A DNA stretch of 64,000 nt from positions 82,780-146,779 of the forward strand of contig JAJEDY010000033.1 of the NCBI GenBank assembly GCA_022821275.1, given 5' to 3'. Position 1 is the first letter of the stretch. Every line of letters begins with the position of its first letter. The stretch comes from Candidatus Latescibacterota bacterium. GTDB lineage: Bacteria; Latescibacterota; UBA2968. The position numbers and the translations under genes are program-made. This document shows, one piece after another, positions 59,011-64,000 of this stretch. The notes beneath the pieces are model-generated. The model was not told where the DNA came from. It was given only the letters and a program-made list of their open reading frames with translations, and did not search any database.

Positions 59011-61005
59011 ATGGCAGCAAATCAGGTCGTCGAACAAAACGGACAATACATCCCACCGCAAACGCTCAGCACCAATGCACATGTCCCCACCATAGATGCC
59101 TACGGGCAACAATACGAAAAATCAATTGCCGATCCCGAAGCATTCTGGGCAGAAATCGCCGATTCATTCCACTGGTACAAAAAATGGGACACCGTGCGAT
59201 CCTACAACTACAATATAGATAACGGACCAATCTCTATCAAGTGGTTTGAAGGAGCCAAAACCAACATCACATACAACTGCATTGACCGTCACCTCGCATC
59301 TCGAGGAGACCAGGTCGCCATCATCTGGGAAGGTAACGAGCCTGGTGAAGACGCCAAACTCACCTACAGTGAACTGCACGAACAAGTCTGCAAATTCGCC
59401 AACGTACTCAAATCCCGAGGCGTAAAAAAAGGCGACTGCGTCTCCATCTACATGCCCATGATCCCCGAACTCGCCATCGCCATGCTGGCCTGTGCGCGCA
59501 TCGGCGCTGTCCACTCCATCGTCTTTGGTGGCTTCTCAGCCGAAGCACTGGCAGACCGCATCGTCGATTCCGCCTGCCAGATCGTACTCACCACAGATGG
59601 CATGTTCCGCGGCGACCGCCCCATGGAACGCAAGCAACCCGCCGACGAAGCCATCGCATTGGCCAACTCGCGCATGGGGAACACCAGCGTTCACACCTGC
59701 ATCGTCGTCCAGCGCGTGGGCGAAGACAGTGGCATCGCATGTCCCATGAGTGAAGGACGCGACTTATGGTGGCACGAAGCCATGTCAGGAGTCGATGCAA
59801 ACTGCCCATGCGAAGAAATGGACGCCGAAGACCCGCTCTTCATACTCTACACCTCTGGCTCCACCGGCAAACCCAAAGGCGTACAGCACAATGTAGGTGG
59901 CTACATGGTGTACACGGGCTACACGCACAAAAACGTCTTTGACTATCAGGACGGCGACATCTACTTTTGCGCTGCTGACATCGGCTGGATCACGGGCCAC
60001 TCCTACATCATCTATGGACCCCTATCAAACGCCGCCACCACCATCATGTTTGAAAGCACGCCCGTCTATCCCGACCCGGGCCGTTACTGGCAGGTCATCG
60101 ACAAATACAAAGTCAACCAATTCTACACCGCGCCCACAGCCATACGCGCCCTCACCAGAGAAGGCGACGAATGGCCCGCCAAATACGACTTATCATCCCT
60201 CAAAATACTCGGCACAGTGGGCGAACCCATCAACCCCGAAGCCTGGCAATGGTATCACCGCAATATCGGACGAGAGCGGTGTCCCATCGTAGATACCTGG
60301 TGGCAAACCGAAACCGGGGGCATTCTCATCAGTCCCCTGCCCGGCGCAACCCCCACCAAACCCGGATCCGCGACCTTCCCCCTCTACGGCATCAAACCCG
60401 TGGTACTCGAACCCGAATCGGGCAAAATTGTCGATGGCAATGGCGTCGATGGCGTACTCGCCATCTCAGAACCCTGGCCGGGACAAATGCGCACCGTCTA
60501 TGGCGATCACAAACGCTTTGAAGAAACCTACTTTCAACAATACAAAGGCTACTACTTCACGGGTGACGGCTGCCGCCGCGACGAAGACGGCTACTACTGG
60601 ATCACCGGTCGCGTGGATGACGTCATCAACATCTCGGGCCACCGCATGGGCACCGCCGAAGTTGAAAGCGCCCTGGTCTCACACGCCAAAGTGGCCGAAG
60701 CCGCAGTCGTCGGTTTCCCGCACGAAATCAAAGGACAGGGCATCTATGCCTACGTCACCCTCAACGTGGGCGAAGCCTATACCGACGACCTCAAAGCCGA
60801 ACTCGTCCAGCAAGTCCGCACCGAAATCGGCCCCATCGCCACCCCAGACGTAATCCACTGGGCACCGGGACTGCCCAAAACGCGATCGGGGAAAATCATG
60901 CGCCGAATCCTGCGCAAAATCGCCGAAAACGACACCTCGGACCTCGGCGACACCTCAACCCTCGCCGACCCAACCGTCGTTGACGACCTCCTCGCCAACC
61001 AATAA
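59011..61005 (+). CDS. acs: Acetyl-CoA synthetase (AMP-forming)
   Basis: [15 protein letters not shown]-binding motif and the Acs-specific N-terminus [15 protein letters not shown]. Start trimmed to MAANQ (ATG at 59011), which has an aggaa RBS. 664 aa. Confidence 0.9.
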   Translation: MAANQVVEQNGQYIPPQTLSTNAHVPTIDAYGQQYEKSIADPEAFWAEIADSFHWYKKWDTVRSYNYNIDNGPISIKWFEGAKTNITYNCIDRHLASRGDQVAIIWEGNEPGEDAKLTYSELHEQVCKFANVLKSRGVKKGDCVSIYMPMIPELAIAMLACARIGAVHSIVFGGFSAEALADRIVDSACQIVLTTDGMFRGDRPMERKQPADEAIALANSRMGNTSVHTCIVVQRVGEDSGIACPMSEGRDLWWHEAMSGVDANCPCEEMDAEDPLFILYTSGSTGKPKGVQHNVGGYMVYTGYTHKNVFDYQDGDIYFCAADIGWITGHSYIIYGPLSNAATTIMFESTPVYPDPGRYWQVIDKYKVNQFYTAPTAIRALTREGDEWPAKYDLSSLKILGTVGEPINPEAWQWYHRNIGRERCPIVDTWWQTETGGILISPLPGATPTKPGSATFPLYGIKPVVLEPESGKIVDGNGVDGVLAISEPWPGQMRTVYGDHKRFEETYFQQYKGYYFTGDGCRRDEDGYYWITGRVDDVINISGHRMGTAEVESALVSHAKVAEAAVVGFPHEIKGQGIYAYVTLNVGEAYTDDLKAELVQQVRTEIGPIATPDVIHWAPGLPKTRSGKIMRRILRKIAENDTSDLGDTSTLADPTVVDDLLANQ

Positions 61006-61010
61006 GGCAC

Positions 61011-61048
61011 AAAAAAAGCGGGCACGATTGTGTGCCCGCCTCTTTTTG
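61011..61048. terminator. Bidirectional rho-independent terminator (A7, GCGGGCAC-GATTGT-GTGCCCGC, CTCTTTTT)
   Basis: Read directly. It lies between the convergent acs and rpn-like genes. Confidence 0.6.
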
Positions 61049-61061
61049 ATTGACCATCATC

Positions 61062-62048
61062 TCACAGCACGTCATCTAAAATATGTTCAAATGCTTCAAG
61101 ACTGGACACCTGGACCGCCGAGCGGAGCACCTGTTTGAGGCGTTGCAAATCTTCAATGGCGGCAATGCGAGCAGATAGGGGATGCGACGCAGGGAGATCA
61201 AATCGAACCTCTAACACATCGAGAATATCTGCAATCGCGCGGTCTCTTTCACCTCGCTTAAGGCCCTGCTCAAGGCCCTGCTCAAGGCCCTGCTCAAGAC
61301 CCTGCTCAAGACCCTGCTCTCTGCCCTCCTCAAGGCCCTTCTCTCTCGCTTCCTCTCTACTTTGTTGAGTAAGGGATTGAAAAAGAGATGATTCGCGGAT
61401 CAGATCCATGATACCCTCCTTAAAAATAATATCAGAAATCGTTTCAGACTCATATACTAACTCGCTCAATGCCACCATGCCAGCCAGATAATCCGCCCTA
61501 TATGATCTATAGATAGGGCGCGTCCGAGCGGTGTGAATACACTGTTGCAACCACGCATCCGAGGCCATCTCGTCGGGTGGCTTCATCAATGGCGTGAAAG
61601 GAATCAGACCCGATTGCCCCGATTCGAGGACGTGCTCGCCTTCTATCTCAATCAGCCTGATCACCCTGTAATGAATCGCTATTGGGTAGCCAGGACGCTC
61701 CTGGACATAGTATCCGGGATCGCGCCGCCCTGCATTGGGACGCAGGTAGATCACATTGGAATAAATCGGCAGGCCGTGTTGCCGAATAGCATGTCCAATA
61801 TAGCCTGCCATGCGGCGCGGCATAGGCGGATTGGTGCTATCAGTCGTTTGAAACTCGTTGTGAACCAATACCTCCTCGTCATCGATACGCACGCGAATCA
61901 GGCTATCGGTCTGGTGTGCTTCAACAGTGTATTGCTCTGTGTCAATGACGGCAAGAACTTCAACGTCCTCGCGTCCGAGGGTGAAACTGGCAAAGTCGTC
62001 GGGATAAGTTTGAATGAGGTGTTTAGATATTGCATCAAATTCGGCCAT
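61062..62048 (-). CDS. Rpn/YhgA-like recombination-promoting nuclease (PD-(D/E)xK putative transposase) with DUF4351-like C-terminus
   Basis: The conserved VLVHNEFQT (EFQ) core. The C-terminal region contains the (GLEQ)n repeat. 328 aa. Confidence 0.65.
   Translation of the reverse strand: MAEFDAISKHLIQTYPDDFASFTLGREDVEVLAVIDTEQYTVEAHQTDSLIRVRIDDEEVLVHNEFQTTDSTNPPMPRRMAGYIGHAIRQHGLPIYSNVIYLRPNAGRRDPGYYVQERPGYPIAIHYRVIRLIEIEGEHVLESGQSGLIPFTPLMKPPDEMASDAWLQQCIHTARTRPIYRSYRADYLAGMVALSELVYESETISDIIFKEGIMDLIRESSLFQSLTQQSREEAREKGLEEGREQGLEQGLEQGLEQGLEQGLKRGERDRAIADILDVLEVRFDLPASHPLSARIAAIEDLQRLKQVLRSAVQVSSLEAFEHILDDVL
61260..61343. repeat. Seven units of a 12-bp in-frame tandem repeat (AAGGCCCTGCTC and variants) inside the rpn-like gene, encoding (EQGL)n on the minus strand
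   Basis: Read directly. Confidence 0.6.
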
Positions 62049-62230
62049 GTGAGATGCCCCAGATCTGAGAGTTGGTCGTATTTTGGACTAACGCAACAGT
62101 CAGACCTCAAGCAAATATCAGGCCAATGTCACAAAATTGAGTGATAAAAAAGGCTCGACAGAAACGCAGGCACCTCATTATGCTTTCAATATGCAGTATT
62201 GCGGTCTTATTCACAACTTGAATTTAAATC

Positions 62231-62260
62231 CGCAGATGGACGCAGATGGACACAGATGAA
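62231..62260. repeat. 3x CGCAGATGRA tandem repeat, second copy of the element seen at 45625..45654
   Basis: Read directly. It sits in a 540-bp non-coding region. Confidence 0.5.
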
Positions 62261-62589
62261 AGGCAAAAGGGTACATTTTGAGCCATGAACAGGCGGCATA
62301 GTGAAAGATATGTGCCACTTGCCCGAAGCCAGCCAATCCCCCTGTCAGAATCAGGATGGGCAGGATGTGAGGATTTACAGGATACCCGTCTCCTCTCAAG
62401 CCACCCATCCAAACTCATATGGTTGTTATGTGTTTCTATATTCTCACGGAATATGGGTTATTTCTGCGCGATGCTATCCTAATAGTCGTCCCGCATGTAT
62501 TTGAAGGGTTTAAAACCCTTATCAAGGAAATTGCGGTCTCTCCGTACTCGCATCCATGCACGCGCATATTGTAGTAATGTATCAACGTT

Positions 62590-63180
62590 TTAGACACTTG
62601 CAACCTCCAGACTCATACTCGCTTGAAAAAGGCAACTGTAGTGCTTTTTTAAAATACAACTCACAACTTCCATCAGGTCGTCAATGTCGCCAGCACTCAA
62701 TGGATAATTTGTATCAAGTGCTTGTGAATTGTTAAAGTAATCCTTGTCCATATGCACTATTGCTTTGTCTCTATGTGCCTTAATTCGATCAATAATCTTC
62801 TGCCGAGCCTGCAGTTGGGCAATCTGACAATCAATTATGCAGCGATATTTCTCAGGCTTAATAGGTTCGTAGTCGCGTTCGATTTTGTTGAAGCGCGTAG
62901 GATTCATTGATGCGGCGTGTTCTTTCGCTTTGTTCAACCAGTCACGGAGCGATCTGTCCTCTTTTTCTGAGAAAAACATAAACAACTCAACTAAAATAAT
63001 GCGTGATAAGCTATAATCAGCAACCCAAAAGAAATGGGCACCAAGATTTAAAGCCTCAATTCTGGCAGGTGTATTCCACTCATAAATACTCTTGAGCTGC
63101 TGATCCAAACTCTTGATATTGCGATAGCGATAAATTAGCGTGTTAAGATAAGTCCGAAGTTCATTATGCGGATTTTTCAT
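62590..63180 (-). CDS. HEPN-domain protein (AbiU2-like abortive-infection family candidate)
   Basis: AHRDKAIVH gives the Rx5H HEPN motif near the C-terminus. About 196 aa, AT-rich. Start trimmed to MKNPHNEL. Confidence 0.4.
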   Translation of the reverse strand: MKNPHNELRTYLNTLIYRYRNIKSLDQQLKSIYEWNTPARIEALNLGAHFFWVADYSLSRIILVELFMFFSEKEDRSLRDWLNKAKEHAASMNPTRFNKIERDYEPIKPEKYRCIIDCQIAQLQARQKIIDRIKAHRDKAIVHMDKDYFNNSQALDTNYPLSAGDIDDLMEVVSCILKKHYSCLFQASMSLEVASV

Positions 63181-63437
63181 TAGAAACAACCTCCTATATG
63201 CGATTCGGAGACGAAAGAGATACGACATCTTGATCGCATCAAAGACCTTTCTTGCCCTTAGTCACGTCCGGCTGCGAGCAGATCTATAGTCACTTGTAGG
63301 CATCATCAACCATATTGGTCCTGAATAATCTCAAGAGCCTTGGCTGTGAACTTGTCAGAATCGCCCCAATTATCTAAAGTGCGATTTTGCATCTTTGATT
63401 CGCGGCATGTAGTTCATAGTGAAAACACCTCCCGTTG

Positions 63438-63740
63438 TTATTTCACCAATCCCTTTTGTCGGCCACGACGTAGTGTGCGTTTTTGGTCTGCGGGGTTTGA
63501 GGGATAGGCAGTGATAACGCGCCCGTCTCGTATGACGACCTTGCGATTCACAAGCCGGCTCAGTGCTTGTATCTCTCGCTTGCGAGTCTCGATCTCGTGG
63601 GCGGCATCCCGATTACGCATAAAATAGGTCTCGTCGTCAATCTGCGTTCCATACGCGAGAATGATCGGTATATCCGCTTTGCGAATGCCGCGCTGTTGCA
63701 GGCGTGTCTCGGCGTGTCGGCTATAAATGAGATCGGTCAT
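63438..63740 (-). CDS. DUF4258-family small protein (toxin-like)
   Basis: YSRHAETRLQQRGIRKADI matches the DUF4258 H..ER..ERGI core. 100 aa. Confidence 0.5.
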   Translation of the reverse strand: MTDLIYSRHAETRLQQRGIRKADIPIILAYGTQIDDETYFMRNRDAAHEIETRKREIQALSRLVNRKVVIRDGRVITAYPSNPADQKRTLRRGRQKGLVK

Positions 63741-63940
63741 TCGTCGTCTCCTTCTTTTTCGATTTTGGACCTGGTTTTAGAGACATTCTCAAACCACTTT
63801 CTTATATCGTCTCCCTGTGGCGACGTAGCTATAAACTTTGCGGATACGTTTTCTTTTTCTTTCTCAGGAATTTCCTTGAAGATGTCCAGTACCTTATCTT
63901 CGAGCCACTTCGCACGCTCCTCACCGGCATCTTCTGCCAT
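63737..63940 (-). CDS. Small acidic hypothetical protein, upstream ATGA-coupled partner of the DUF4258 gene (antitoxin-like)
   Basis: 67 aa and highly charged. Its stop overlaps the DUF4258 start by 4 nt. Confidence 0.35.
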   Translation of the reverse strand: MAEDAGEERAKWLEDKVLDIFKEIPEKEKENVSAKFIATSPQGDDIRKWFENVSKTRSKIEKEGDDE

Positions 63941-64000
63941 CAGTTGCTCGGGAATCTCGGAGAGCCGCGCACAACCAGTTTCAAGGCATATCCTGGCAAT

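Noticed and set aside
62049-62589. Four overlapping 60-67 aa ORFs (both strands) in the 540-bp gap
   Set aside because: They are mutually overlapping and have no RBS or motifs, so they are most likely random. The region is treated as non-coding.

Overview
This 64 kb window is a gene-dense bacterial chromosomal segment, roughly 50-55% GC by eye. Three stretches look compositionally foreign: an AT-rich 5' end (about 1-4.5 kb), a GC-rich islet (about 49.3-54.4 kb) and an AT-rich 3' end (about 62.5-64 kb).

Most of it is housekeeping or catabolic:
- a YejABEF-type peptide ABC importer, birA, and an oxaloacetate-decarboxylase-type Na+ pump operon (oadGBA-like);
- a GGDEF protein, dCMP deaminase, two tandem 2-hydroxyacid dehydrogenases, an M20 peptidase and an enolase-superfamily protein;
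- CreD-like and CrcB membrane proteins, an aldo/keto reductase and a pectate-lyase-like lipoprotein;
- a long minus-strand run of polysaccharide and amino-sugar processing genes (M14 peptidase, heparinase II/III-like lyase, amidohydrolases, a CE4-like deacetylase, a SelA/DgaE-like PLP enzyme, creatininase);
- a sulfatase, NagB, D-aminoacylase, IMDH-like and lactonase cluster bracketed by two paralogous large membrane proteins of a family I do not recognise;
- a cupin, a sugar-phosphate isomerase and an SDR reductase;
- an ECF sigma / anti-sigma / catalytically dead HtrA-like operon, and acs.

Accessory content:
- a 5'-truncated ABC exporter, an S8 peptidase fusion and a GT1 glycosyltransferase at the AT-rich 5' end, which may be a peptide maturation and export cassette;
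- a BrnT/BrnA toxin-antitoxin pair;
- an internally deleted IS605-family tnpB relic;
- a GC-rich two-gene pair, a DUF499 (BrxC/PglY-like) ATPase followed by an AAA_35 ATPase with a PD-(D/E)xK nuclease domain, which is the best candidate for an undescribed defence-like module;
- a retropepsin-like aspartic protease two-gene cassette;
- an Rpn/YhgA-like nuclease carrying an in-frame tandem repeat;
- a 3' AT-rich islet with a HEPN (AbiU2-like) gene and a DUF4258 toxin-like pair.

Several short dispersed repeat families (GAAGTGT heptamer arrays, CGCAGATGRA triplets at two loci) and three clean bidirectional rho-independent terminators are visible. I found no CRISPR array, rRNA or convincing tRNA. 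All family calls come from motif reading of the provided translations; no database search was possible.
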